From the NCBI GenBank assembly GCA_964590575.1, contig CAZPWM010000007.1:1-56048 (forward strand): a stretch of 56,048 nucleotides of DNA. Reading direction: 5' to 3'. Positions 20,263 through 28,420 of this stretch are shown here, in pieces. Position 1 is the stretch's first letter, and each line of letters opens with the position of its first letter. Under the pieces are notes generated by a model. It ran no database searches, had not been told where the DNA came from, and saw nothing but the letters and a program-made list of their open reading frames with translations. This stretch comes from an uncultured archaeon (GTDB lineage: Archaea > Asgardarchaeota > Thorarchaeia > Thorarchaeales > Thorarchaeaceae). The position numbers were made by a program, and so were the translations under genes.

Positions 20263-20320
20263 AGCAGGGGGCGGGGGGGTGTCCCCTGCTTCTTCTCCTC
20301 CTTGATTCTCTCTTTTTTTA
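20261..20320 (+). terminator. Strong GC-rich hairpin plus pyrimidine/T tract
   Basis: GAAGCAGGGG...CCCCTGCTTC 10-bp perfect stem followed by TTCTCCTCCTTGATTCTCTCTTTTTTT on the + strand. Confidence 0.6.
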
Positions 20321-21547
20321 AAGGCCGCTTACAGCGATTGCTCGAAGATATCCTACACCAATTTTGGCTACCATTGGCAGGAAGTCTGTCATGAGGGTCA
20401 TGATTGTTGCGACGCTTGCGTGTCCCTGGATTAATTCGTTCAGGGTCCTCGCGTCGAGTTGTCCAAGCACTACCTCTGCAGCTGCTATCGGATTGTTGAA
20501 CATGGCGTACTTCGAAACAGCCCACATACCTTTGCCAGTGTTTGTGATATTAGAGGCTAGTTTTGTCTTTCTATACTCTTTCTCATACTCGTAAACACTC
20601 TTCTTAGAGAAATCTCCAGAGTCTGCCATTCTCTTCGCATGCTTTGCGAGGACCTGGCCAGCGTGGAAGCAGGTTGTGACTCCGCCGCCAACAATGGAGG
20701 AGACCTGACCTGCTGAGTTTCCACATAATGCGACACCGGCATCAGTGAATTTTGGGATAATTCCTGCGCAAGGGACCACACCACCATTCACAGCTGTAAT
20801 CTTTGCATTCTGAGTTTTAGGATGGGTCCTCATGTACTTCCTTAGGACGTCCTGCATAGGAGGGAGTGCATACCAGTTGGTCTTTGATGACGGCACACGA
20901 CCTATTCCGAGATTAACCTCTGTTTCAGATCTCGGATACAACCACAGATAACCGAGTCCCACGTCTTTGCCAACATAGAAGTAGGCAACATTCGGGTCTA
21001 CACCTTTACAGTTTGTGAGCTTGAATCTATACCCATAGCTGAGTAGCCACTTTGGATGAGTGAAACCTGCGGATTCAGAAACTCTACTGAAAGAACCGTC
21101 CGCACCCACAGTCAGGTTGGCTCGTTCTTCCTCGTTCTGGTTATACTTAACACCCACTACGGAATTACACTCTTTGATGACAGAGTTAACTCGAGCTTTG
21201 TACCTGAACTCTGCCCCATCTGACAGTGCTCTGTCTCTCAAGAGTTCTTGACACAAGTCCTCGTCGAGGAGGTATGAATTACCAAGCAGGGTTCTATCTA
21301 CGACAATATTTGCTCCTGAGTCTAAGCTCTCTCCAACAATAGAGGTATACTTGTTTCCGATAAACTCTGAATCTGGTTTGACTCGTAGAAAGTTCAAAGC
21401 CTTGTCAGTGCACAATTCTCCCATGAGAGAATGAGTCACTTCCTGACGCTTCTCTAGGACTAGTGTTTTCAAACCATAACTTGCTGTCTTTTCAGCAGTC
21501 ATGAGACCAGCTGGACCTGTTCCAACAATTATCACATCGTGTGTCAT
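20318..21547 (-). CDS. Geranylgeranyl reductase-family FAD-dependent oxidoreductase (non-canonical)
   Basis: DVIIVGTGPAG, VGADG, GYLWLYP, GGVVP, LCGNSAG...GGG motifs. Confidence 0.82.
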   Translation of the reverse strand: MTHDVIIVGTGPAGLMTAEKTASYGLKTLVLEKRQEVTHSLMGELCTDKALNFLRVKPDSEFIGNKYTSIVGESLDSGANIVVDRTLLGNSYLLDEDLCQELLRDRALSDGAEFRYKARVNSVIKECNSVVGVKYNQNEEERANLTVGADGSFSRVSESAGFTHPKWLLSYGYRFKLTNCKGVDPNVAYFYVGKDVGLGYLWLYPRSETEVNLGIGRVPSSKTNWYALPPMQDVLRKYMRTHPKTQNAKITAVNGGVVPCAGIIPKFTDAGVALCGNSAGQVSSIVGGGVTTCFHAGQVLAKHAKRMADSGDFSKKSVYEYEKEYRKTKLASNITNTGKGMWAVSKYAMFNNPIAAAEVVLGQLDARTLNELIQGHASVATIMTLMTDFLPMVAKIGVGYLRAIAVSGL

Positions 21548-21679
21548 CGTAAAGGTGCTCCGAAGTGTTACTCGAGTCCACTATGTAGCATCTATATCTC
21601 TTTCTGAGTGGTGCTTTGCCTCGTCATAAACCTATAATACAAAGGTAAATTTTCAATTATTGACAGACCTCCAGAAGGG

Positions 21680-22585
21680 TTGATGATGAAAGCCAGCTCA
21701 GTTGCCTATTCCGTTTACATGATCTTTTCAATAATGGTTAGTCTGACTCTGGCTGCAATTCCTGCCATTCTTCTCTTTACAATTATCGTTCAGAATTTTA
21801 CCATCTTTCTCGATACTATCTGGCCATTCTCTGCTATTCATGTTTTCATTATCAACACCTTTGCAGAATGGATACCTGAGTTTGCCCTTCAATATTGGTG
21901 GCTTCTTGTGCTGTTTGTACCACTTGCTCTTGTCTGCTATGGAGTATTTCTTGCGTTTCTATTGCTCTTCCTCAAGATTTCACGTAGGGGAATTCCATTC
22001 CTTGAAGATGGGTATTATGAAGCAGAATCAGAGGCTTGGCTATTATACGAGTATTTCGAGGTTTATTATATCCTATATCCCTACTTTGCTGGATTCTTCA
22101 GTATCTTCTTTGACACAAAGCCACGTCATCAGGTCTTTGGAGCCAAGATTGGCGAGAACTCTATTGTGGGTAATGGACGGCTCTTCAACCCTGAGCGGAC
22201 AATCATCGGCGATAACTGCTTCTTTGGTTACGACGCAATCTTAAGTGGTCATGTTTATGAGGGCCGGAGGCTCTATCTACAGACAGTCAGACTTGGCAAT
22301 AATGTCACTGTTGGAGCCAATGCTGTGATTTTACCAGGTGCTGATATTGGTGATAATGTCATTGTCGGTGCAAACTCTGTTGTTCCAAAGGACAAGGTAA
22401 TCCCTCCAAATACTATATGGGTGCATGGCAAGGCGATTCCAAGGTTCCCACGTCCTGTTGCAGAAGAGTTGCATCAGCCAATTGGTGGCCCAACTGTGAT
22501 CTTTGAGAAGATAGAGAAGGTCAGCGAAAGTGACCAAAATGATGAAGAAGGAACTACCATTCCATCTAATGGTGAACGTTTCTAG
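21680..22585 (+). CDS. Membrane-anchored hexapeptide-repeat (left-handed beta-helix) acyltransferase-like protein
   Basis: N-terminal TM helices; GAKIG, IIGDNC, LGNNVTVGANAVILPG, IGDNVIVGANSVV repeats. Confidence 0.82.
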   Translation: MMMKASSVAYSVYMIFSIMVSLTLAAIPAILLFTIIVQNFTIFLDTIWPFSAIHVFIINTFAEWIPEFALQYWWLLVLFVPLALVCYGVFLAFLLLFLKISRRGIPFLEDGYYEAESEAWLLYEYFEVYYILYPYFAGFFSIFFDTKPRHQVFGAKIGENSIVGNGRLFNPERTIIGDNCFFGYDAILSGHVYEGRRLYLQTVRLGNNVTVGANAVILPGADIGDNVIVGANSVVPKDKVIPPNTIWVHGKAIPRFPRPVAEELHQPIGGPTVIFEKIEKVSESDQNDEEGTTIPSNGERF

Positions 22586-22610
22586 TTTTCCTCTCCAAGC
22601 GGTGATATGA

Positions 22611-23006
22611 ATGCGTCTTCTGATGCTTCACGTTGATAGTTTCTGGTATCGACAAGACGAGTCTAAGTCTAAGGACAGGACCGAGATAGGTGAATCACTG
22701 CATGTCTGGATCCACTCTGAAAAGGAGGATGAGGAAAACCGAGCTGGGGTCATGCGGAAGATGGTCAAGAACATTAGGTGGCTTGCAAAAAAGATAGACT
22801 GCAATACTGTAACTCTACATTCTTTTGCGCATCTTGACGACAACAAGGCTAATCCTGCTTTTGCTGATTCGTTAATCGAAGAGGTTGCTTCGAAACTACG
22901 CGATAGGGACTATGATATTCATATCGTGCCTTTTGGTCAATTCTATGAGTTCAATCTACATGTGAAAGGGCCTTCACTCGCGAAGGTCTTCAAGAGAATC
23001 ATCTAA
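22611..23006 (+). CDS. Stand-alone archaeal threonyl-tRNA synthetase editing domain protein
   Basis: MRLLMLH, HSFAHL (YPYAHL-like), VPFGQF (APFGWY-like), KGPSLA (KGHPLA-like). Confidence 0.8.
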   Translation: MRLLMLHVDSFWYRQDESKSKDRTEIGESLHVWIHSEKEDEENRAGVMRKMVKNIRWLAKKIDCNTVTLHSFAHLDDNKANPAFADSLIEEVASKLRDRDYDIHIVPFGQFYEFNLHVKGPSLAKVFKRII

Positions 23007-23180
23007 AAGAGAGGTTGCTTTGTGGTCCCTAGTCATTTCAAAGGATTCAGAAACCGTTTGAGTTGAGGTGGGTCTGCTATTGTCAAACGAGGGGAAGAAG
23101 TACACATTTGAAGAAAGAGAAGTAGGACTCAAGAGATTTTTAGATGGGTTCATAACGCCTCAATCAAATATGAGGGTACG

Positions 23181-24611
23181 ATGTCGAAGACCAAGTATAC
23201 TCCACGAGGCTATCAGACCTATATTCTTGCGGAAGTGGAAAAGAGAGTGGGTACTCCCTTGCTTCTGGAGCTGGACTGCGGTCTTGGAAAGCGTTTCATT
23301 ACCCATCAACTTGTAGCCGAGAAGTTTCCCTACTCCAAGATAATTATCATAGTTCATTCATCATCTTCCCTCGCTGAAACTGTTGACTATCTTCGAGGAG
23401 AGTACGGCGGACTAGAGGATGACTTAGGAGAGCTCTCATCGAGAGTACCCTCAGGGCGACGTGCATACACACTCCGTGAAAAACGAGTCATTGTAGCTAC
23501 ACCTCAGGTGCTTACTGGGATGTACAAGAAGGATCCAACATTGCTAGAACCCTTTGAGATGGTGCTCATCAATGAAGTGGACACTCTAGTGCGTCGAACT
23601 GGCACTCGGACAGCAATCGTGTTTCCTTGGCCGACTCTACTCATGTATTTACAGGGTAAGTGGATCATTGGGATGAGTGGGACTCTTCGCGACGATCATG
23701 CTGTCTTTAACGATGAGCAAGTTCAGATACGTAAAGAACTCGATACATTGAAGGATCACTTCCCTGATGCTGAGTTAATCACCATGGATGATCTCTATGA
23801 CACAGATGTGGAGGAGTATCTCGAGCCCACTTTTCTCACAGTTAGCAATGTAAATGATCCAAAGGTCCGAACAATATCAAAGGTCATCGATGAGTTGATT
23901 CGGAACACGAGATCTGATATCATGAATGAACTCGCCGAGGAGGACAATCTGCATCTTGTTGATGGAGATTCACGCAGGGTTTATCTCATGATCGAGCGAC
24001 TACCGATAACAGAGGAATTGAAGGGTCAATATTCGAGCTTGCTCATGCTGCGAAAGTACGTCTATGCAATGCCTCCACAACGATTTCTAAGGATGTTTCA
24101 CGGTGACTATCTGAAGCACTACTTCAATATCAATGAGCTTAGACGAACGTTACCGACTATTTCATCTAAGACCACAAGAGTGCTGAAAATCGCTTTAAAA
24201 TACAAGAAGACCGTTGTACTCACTTCATATTTAGAGATGGTTTCTCAGACCAAAGATGTCCTCGAGAAGGCTGGATTGAAGGTACTCACAATAACTGGCG
24301 AAACTCGTGATAAAGGTGAAATACTCAAGGCATATCGTGAAGATGATGAAATTCAGGTTCTCGTCATGTCACCAGTAGGTGAACGAGACTTAGATATTCC
24401 TCAGGCTGAGGTCATGGTTGTCTGTGACACAATCAATACAAGCAAAACCATGTATCAGAAGTTTAAACGAACTAGAGGTGGTCTAGTCATCCTGCTAGCA
24501 TACTCAGGTACTTCAGAGGAACGCAAAATCAGTCGTCTAATGACTCGAATCCTTGACCGGTATCCTTGGTCCACATCAGTGGTCGAAACAGACTCTGAGA
24601 AGCTCGGCTAG
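23181..24611 (+). CDS. Hef/FANCM-like SF2 helicase homolog with degenerate motifs
   Basis: PRGYQ, LDCGLGKR, VIVATPQ, LINEVD, GMSGT, RDLDIP, YQKFKRTRG. Confidence 0.75.
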   Translation: MSKTKYTPRGYQTYILAEVEKRVGTPLLLELDCGLGKRFITHQLVAEKFPYSKIIIIVHSSSSLAETVDYLRGEYGGLEDDLGELSSRVPSGRRAYTLREKRVIVATPQVLTGMYKKDPTLLEPFEMVLINEVDTLVRRTGTRTAIVFPWPTLLMYLQGKWIIGMSGTLRDDHAVFNDEQVQIRKELDTLKDHFPDAELITMDDLYDTDVEEYLEPTFLTVSNVNDPKVRTISKVIDELIRNTRSDIMNELAEEDNLHLVDGDSRRVYLMIERLPITEELKGQYSSLLMLRKYVYAMPPQRFLRMFHGDYLKHYFNINELRRTLPTISSKTTRVLKIALKYKKTVVLTSYLEMVSQTKDVLEKAGLKVLTITGETRDKGEILKAYREDDEIQVLVMSPVGERDLDIPQAEVMVVCDTINTSKTMYQKFKRTRGGLVILLAYSGTSEERKISRLMTRILDRYPWSTSVVETDSEKLG

Positions 24612-24659
24612 TCCAGTCATTACGATTATAAGAGCCACGGGTTCTCTCGAAACCAAAAC

Positions 24660-24810
24660 ATGTTGAACGGCTACAGTGGGCTCAATATTGCTGTTGACAC
24701 GGACATAGTAGAAATAGACCGATTTCGTAATCTTAAATCTGAATCTCCTTTCTATGAACGTGTTTTCTCATAGAGAGAGCTAGCATATTGTTATGGATAC
24801 TCTAATCCTA
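24660..24810 (+). pseudogene. acpS: Holo-ACP synthase (AcpS-type phosphopantetheinyl transferase) N-terminal remnant
   Basis: Manual translation MLNGYSGLNIAVDTDIVEIDRFRNLKSESPFYERVFS*RELAYCYGYSNP shows the AcpS pattern DIVEIxR...RVFSxxELxYC. There is an in-frame TAG at 24771 and the sequence truncates before FAAKEA. Confidence 0.7.
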
Positions 24811-25212
24811 CAACAAAGCAGGCATATCATCTGTGTACCTATCATATGGTGCTCTGAATCCTGCTATTTCGATTCCAATCTCCTTGAAGACCTGTAGACT
24901 TGACAACAAGTCCTTTCGTCTTGCCTGAGCACTTAGTATAGTGTATCGAACATGATTGGTTCCATGACTGGCAACCTCGTGTCCTTCCTTCGGGATTTCT
25001 CTTACAAGATCTGGTTTCATTTTAGCAATTCCTGCAACTGTCGGAAATGTAAAACGTCCGTCAGTTTCTTCTAGGATTGTGAACATGTTCTGAAGTATTG
25101 TGGTGAATGAGGTCCTGTGAAGCTTCAACATGCGGTATAGCTGCCTTGGGGCACTTCGCCCCCATTTTTTTGCAAGCTGTCCAAAATAACCCGTATCTGA
25201 CACATTCTCCAC
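24808..25212 (-). pseudogene. Truncated polysaccharide deacetylase (NodB family)
   Basis: FTFP, GHEVASHGTNH and GFRAPY motifs. The ORF ends about 12 aa after RAPY and the N-terminus is degraded. Confidence 0.7.
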
Positions 25213-25348
25213 CGTTATTTCTACACACTCTGTCTATGAGGTCTCTTTCAAAAGGATTCCGACCAAATATGATTTGTACAAACCAGATGGTAACACTTAT
25301 GCGTTAATAACAAAGTATCATCAATTAACTCTGAAATGGGGTGAGTCC

Positions 25349-25753
25349 ATGAAACTTAGTCATATTGGAATCATCGTCAAAGATATTGAAGAGGGGATAA
25401 AGAATCACGAAAATCTCTTCGGATACAAACAGCTAGGCTCCATAGTTGATGATCACAAGCAGAAAGTACGCGTTGTGCTCATGGGTGCTTCTGAGAGCGA
25501 CCCTGTCAAACTTGAACTTATCTCCCCGCTTACTGAGGACTCTCCCGTCACAGACCTTCTAAAGAAACGTCAAGCACTCTATCATCTTTGTTATTCAGTT
25601 CCTGATATTGAGGACGCAAAGATGAGTGCTCGCAAGAGTGGCGCGATTGTCATCTCAAAACCCATTGAAGCACCACTCTTCGATAATCGAAAAATTTGTT
25701 TCCTTTTTACTAAAGATCACTACGTCATAGAGCTGGTTGAAGAGGAACGTTAG
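25349..25753 (+). CDS. VOC/glyoxalase family protein (methylmalonyl-CoA epimerase-like)
   Basis: HIGIIVKDI, LELISP, LYHLCYSV, IELVE motifs; ATG at 25349 after GGTGAG. Confidence 0.85.
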   Translation: MKLSHIGIIVKDIEEGIKNHENLFGYKQLGSIVDDHKQKVRVVLMGASESDPVKLELISPLTEDSPVTDLLKKRQALYHLCYSVPDIEDAKMSARKSGAIVISKPIEAPLFDNRKICFLFTKDHYVIELVEEER

Positions 25754-25762
25754 GTTCAAACC

Positions 25763-26674
25763 TTATTCCTGAACGACGTAAACTTTTGAAAAGAGATCGA
25801 ACAGAGATTCAATGTAGCTTGTGTTCAAATTAGCATAGACGTGATTACACATCTCGATGAATTTGTTTGCACGTTCGTCTGCATGCTCTTCTATCCCGAT
25901 GATTTTCCTAGCCCTTTTAGTGATATCTTTCGTAAGTCCTTTTGCATTCTTGTCCTCATCAAAGATATTGGTTGCATCCTGCTCAATTCGTTTGAGCTGA
26001 CTCTTGACTCTGATATCTGAAACATCATCCGCGCCAAAACTCTTCACAACATCCATTAGAACATCAAGAATGCCATTGTGCAGACCCGCGACAAGAGCCT
26101 CAATCTCATAAGCTGTGAACCTTACTGTCGTTCCGTCATTAGCGAGTTGCCACTTCAGATCACTGCTTCTGCTTACAGTTATCTTTCTCTGACCAATAGC
26201 AATGACCTCATCAAAAAACCTCGAATCGATACTACTTTTGATAGAGGTCTTGATGATTGCAGCCTCAGGAAGCCGTATTTTAATGGAATTTCCTCCATTT
26301 GTGACTACAAGGCACATGCCGTCTGAAGGGGGTATCTTCTTGACATAGTCTGAGGGTGGTGCAACTTCAACTGGCGGCAAATGTTTCAAGCGTTCTGCCA
26401 GTTGTCTGATTTCAGTTTCAGTGCAGATGTATGTCTGCCTGTCTCCTGAAATCGTAATCGTACCATCATCCGCCCGGTCGAAAGTGATTTTGTTTCCTCC
26501 ACCTACACCAGTGGTCTTGAGATAGTCTTGCTTATAGCTTCGTGCTGTCTGCGCTAGTTTCTCAAGAGCTGCGGCGACCATATGAGCTTCTCCGTAGCCC
26601 ATTGTTATCTCTGCAGTTCCCTCAGTTCCACGACCAATACCGAGTGAGCCATCAGCTCGTATTTTTATGTACAC
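25763..26674 (-). CDS. Hypothetical protein with four internal beta-meander+helix repeats
   Basis: Repeats ITMGYGEAHMVAAAL / YICTETEIRQLAERL / IKIRLPEAAIIKTSI / VRFTAYEIEALVAGL; probable GTG start at 26674. Confidence 0.75.
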   Translation of the reverse strand: MYIKIRADGSLGIGRGTEGTAEITMGYGEAHMVAAALEKLAQTARSYKQDYLKTTGVGGGNKITFDRADDGTITISGDRQTYICTETEIRQLAERLKHLPPVEVAPPSDYVKKIPPSDGMCLVVTNGGNSIKIRLPEAAIIKTSIKSSIDSRFFDEVIAIGQRKITVSRSSDLKWQLANDGTTVRFTAYEIEALVAGLHNGILDVLMDVVKSFGADDVSDIRVKSQLKRIEQDATNIFDEDKNAKGLTKDITKRARKIIGIEEHADERANKFIEMCNHVYANLNTSYIESLFDLFSKVYVVQE

Positions 26675-26779
26675 TACCTTCCACCACTTGAAACTAGAAC
26701 ACAATCACTGAAAACTATTGTGGGGACTTCGGGCCATAACAGAATTATCATAAGAACTCAGACAGGAAGATGAAACATT

Positions 26780-26959
26780 ATGTCAAAGGAAGACTCTCCT
26801 GAATATACAATCAGACGTACAGGAGTGCCACATGAAGAAGTAGTTTGTCCATTCAGTAATGGCAAATGGAAAAGGGTTGGTGATGCTCTCGTCTTCTTCA
26901 TGCTCTTTGTAGCACCAGTTTTGTTCCTCATAGCTCTTATTCTGACCAGTCTGTACTAG
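26780..26959 (+). CDS. Small tail-anchored membrane protein (59 aa)
   Basis: Below the ORF-track cutoff. MSKEDSPEYTIRRTGVPHEEVVCPFSNGKWKRVGDALVFFMLFVAPVLFLIALILTSLY*; fills an intergenic gap and is followed by a hairpin. Confidence 0.7.
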   Translation: MSKEDSPEYTIRRTGVPHEEVVCPFSNGKWKRVGDALVFFMLFVAPVLFLIALILTSLY

Positions 26960-26976
26960 AATGCAATAAAGTTGAG

Positions 26977-27001
26977 TGCAGAAGGCGTTTAGCCTCCTGC
27001 A
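26977..27001. terminator. Hairpin between convergent genes
   Basis: TGCAGAAGGC-GTTTA-GCCTCCTGCA. Confidence 0.55.
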
Positions 27002-27011
27002 TTGACTAAAT

Positions 27012-27371
27012 CTAGATTGAGTCCTTCACATCGAAAGCTAGAGTGCCTGCTTCCTTTGTCTTGAGTGAGAGATCGATGGTGTGCTCACCCTCGGGAAGGT
27101 GGTCTCCTTTTACAAAGAGCTCTATCTCTACACCGACCTTGATTGGAAAGGTGTTATCTTCACTAATTTCAGATCCAAGAACTTCGCCATCTACCGATCT
27201 AATAGTAAGTGAGTCTAGTGAGTACTCATTCCCATCCACTTTGATTGGTGCTACTGCTGTCGTAGTACCGGGTGATAATGAGTTCTTCAGTTTTAACGAA
27301 AAGCCGCCCTCGACATTCTCGAGGCTTCCCTTGATGTATAGCTTCCTCAGGAGGAACGATGGAATTTGCAT
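27012..27371 (-). CDS. Conserved archaeal hypothetical protein, beta-sandwich
   Basis: MQIPSFLLRKLYIKGSL N-terminus and a beta-rich body; function not assignable. Confidence 0.7.
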   Translation of the reverse strand: MQIPSFLLRKLYIKGSLENVEGGFSLKLKNSLSPGTTTAVAPIKVDGNEYSLDSLTIRSVDGEVLGSEISEDNTFPIKVGVEIELFVKGDHLPEGEHTIDLSLKTKEAGTLAFDVKDSI

Positions 27372-27539
27372 TTGTCATTTAGCCTCCAACTTATTCTACA
27401 GAGCTCAGCAATCTGAGCGCCATTTATAAGTTCCGAAGGCGGTCCAAAGATGATTTTTCTTATCAAATCTCTCCGCAAAAAGTAATAAGCCCTCAGTGCC
27501 CGGCAAGAAATGAAATACCACTCCTAAGGAGACAATTAA

Positions 27540-27908
27540 TTGCAGTTTGGCATGTTTGATCCATTCGGTGACATTTTTGGAGCTTTCTCTTTGATGTTTC
27601 TCGTGATAACGGTTATCGTCATAGTTATCATCATAGGCGTCGTAGTTTTTGTCTGTAGAGCAGGTTCAAGTGTTGCCACCAGCGTGGCTCGGGGCTTTAC
27701 AATAGAGGCTCCATCATTTGTTATACCTGATCAATATCGCGGCCATAGACGTTCTGATGGTTCAGAGATGACAACTGTAAGACTCCCTGAGAAATGTCCA
27801 TCATGTGGAGCCTCAGTTTCTCAGGAAGGAATTGACTGGACCGGACCACTTGAGGCAAAATGCAACTATTGCGGTAGCACATTAAGAGCTTCATTTGAAC
27901 GGGTGTAG
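27540..27908 (+). CDS. Single-TM protein with C-terminal zinc ribbon
   Basis: TM helix followed by CPSCG...CNYCG. Confidence 0.78.
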   Translation: MQFGMFDPFGDIFGAFSLMFLVITVIVIVIIIGVVVFVCRAGSSVATSVARGFTIEAPSFVIPDQYRGHRRSDGSEMTTVRLPEKCPSCGASVSQEGIDWTGPLEAKCNYCGSTLRASFERV

Positions 27909-28070
27909 CGCAACTTCATTCACAAGGTGTCCCTCTAATAGTAGTCATCTGAGTTTAAACAAATTCCCGAAGACATGCGAGTGAATTATTTATACAAATA
28001 AGGGGAAGCTTTTTCACTAATCTGTCACGCCATAACTTAAGACACGCGCTAAGCCTCGCGAGGAATCCCA

Positions 28071-28346
28071 ATGGTCGATGCACTTGAAATGCAGGAAGAT
28101 GGTACTACTCTCTCTATAAACATCAACAGAGCGAGTTTACTGCCCGACCGAGTATATTGCGTTGTTGATGACGAAAATAAGAATGTCTACATTTGGTTGG
28201 GAAAAGAAGCAAATGTGCGTAAGCGATTCGTGGGAGCGCAGGTAGCAGGCAAGATTCGAGGCGAACTGAGCACTGGTTTTAGGGTCCGTTCTTTGGACCA
28301 AGGAGACGAACCTCAAGATTTTTTCAACTCATTGACTCGTGACTGA
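28071..28346 (+). CDS. Single gelsolin-domain protein (eukaryotic signature protein)
   Basis: L..DRVYCVVD...VYIWLGKEAN...DQGDEPQDFF matches the gelsolin repeat consensus (L.s.d.fiLD...iy.W.G......qG.Ep..F). Confidence 0.82.
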   Translation: MVDALEMQEDGTTLSININRASLLPDRVYCVVDDENKNVYIWLGKEANVRKRFVGAQVAGKIRGELSTGFRVRSLDQGDEPQDFFNSLTRD

Positions 28347-28420
28347 CAGAGGATTAGGTTTTTCATCACTGCCACAAGATTCTATAGAGTATCAATTATC
28401 GCACGGTAGAGGTCATAATC

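Noticed and set aside
20141-20305. 54-codon + strand ORF (MMFIIYLSQQ...)
   Set aside because: Its start lies inside the TATA/palindrome and it runs through the terminator hairpin.
24771-24773. In-frame TAG in the acpS fragment as a pyrrolysine codon
   Set aside because: Read-through still gives a truncated protein lacking FAAKEA, and the conserved GxD is also mutated; decay is the simpler explanation.
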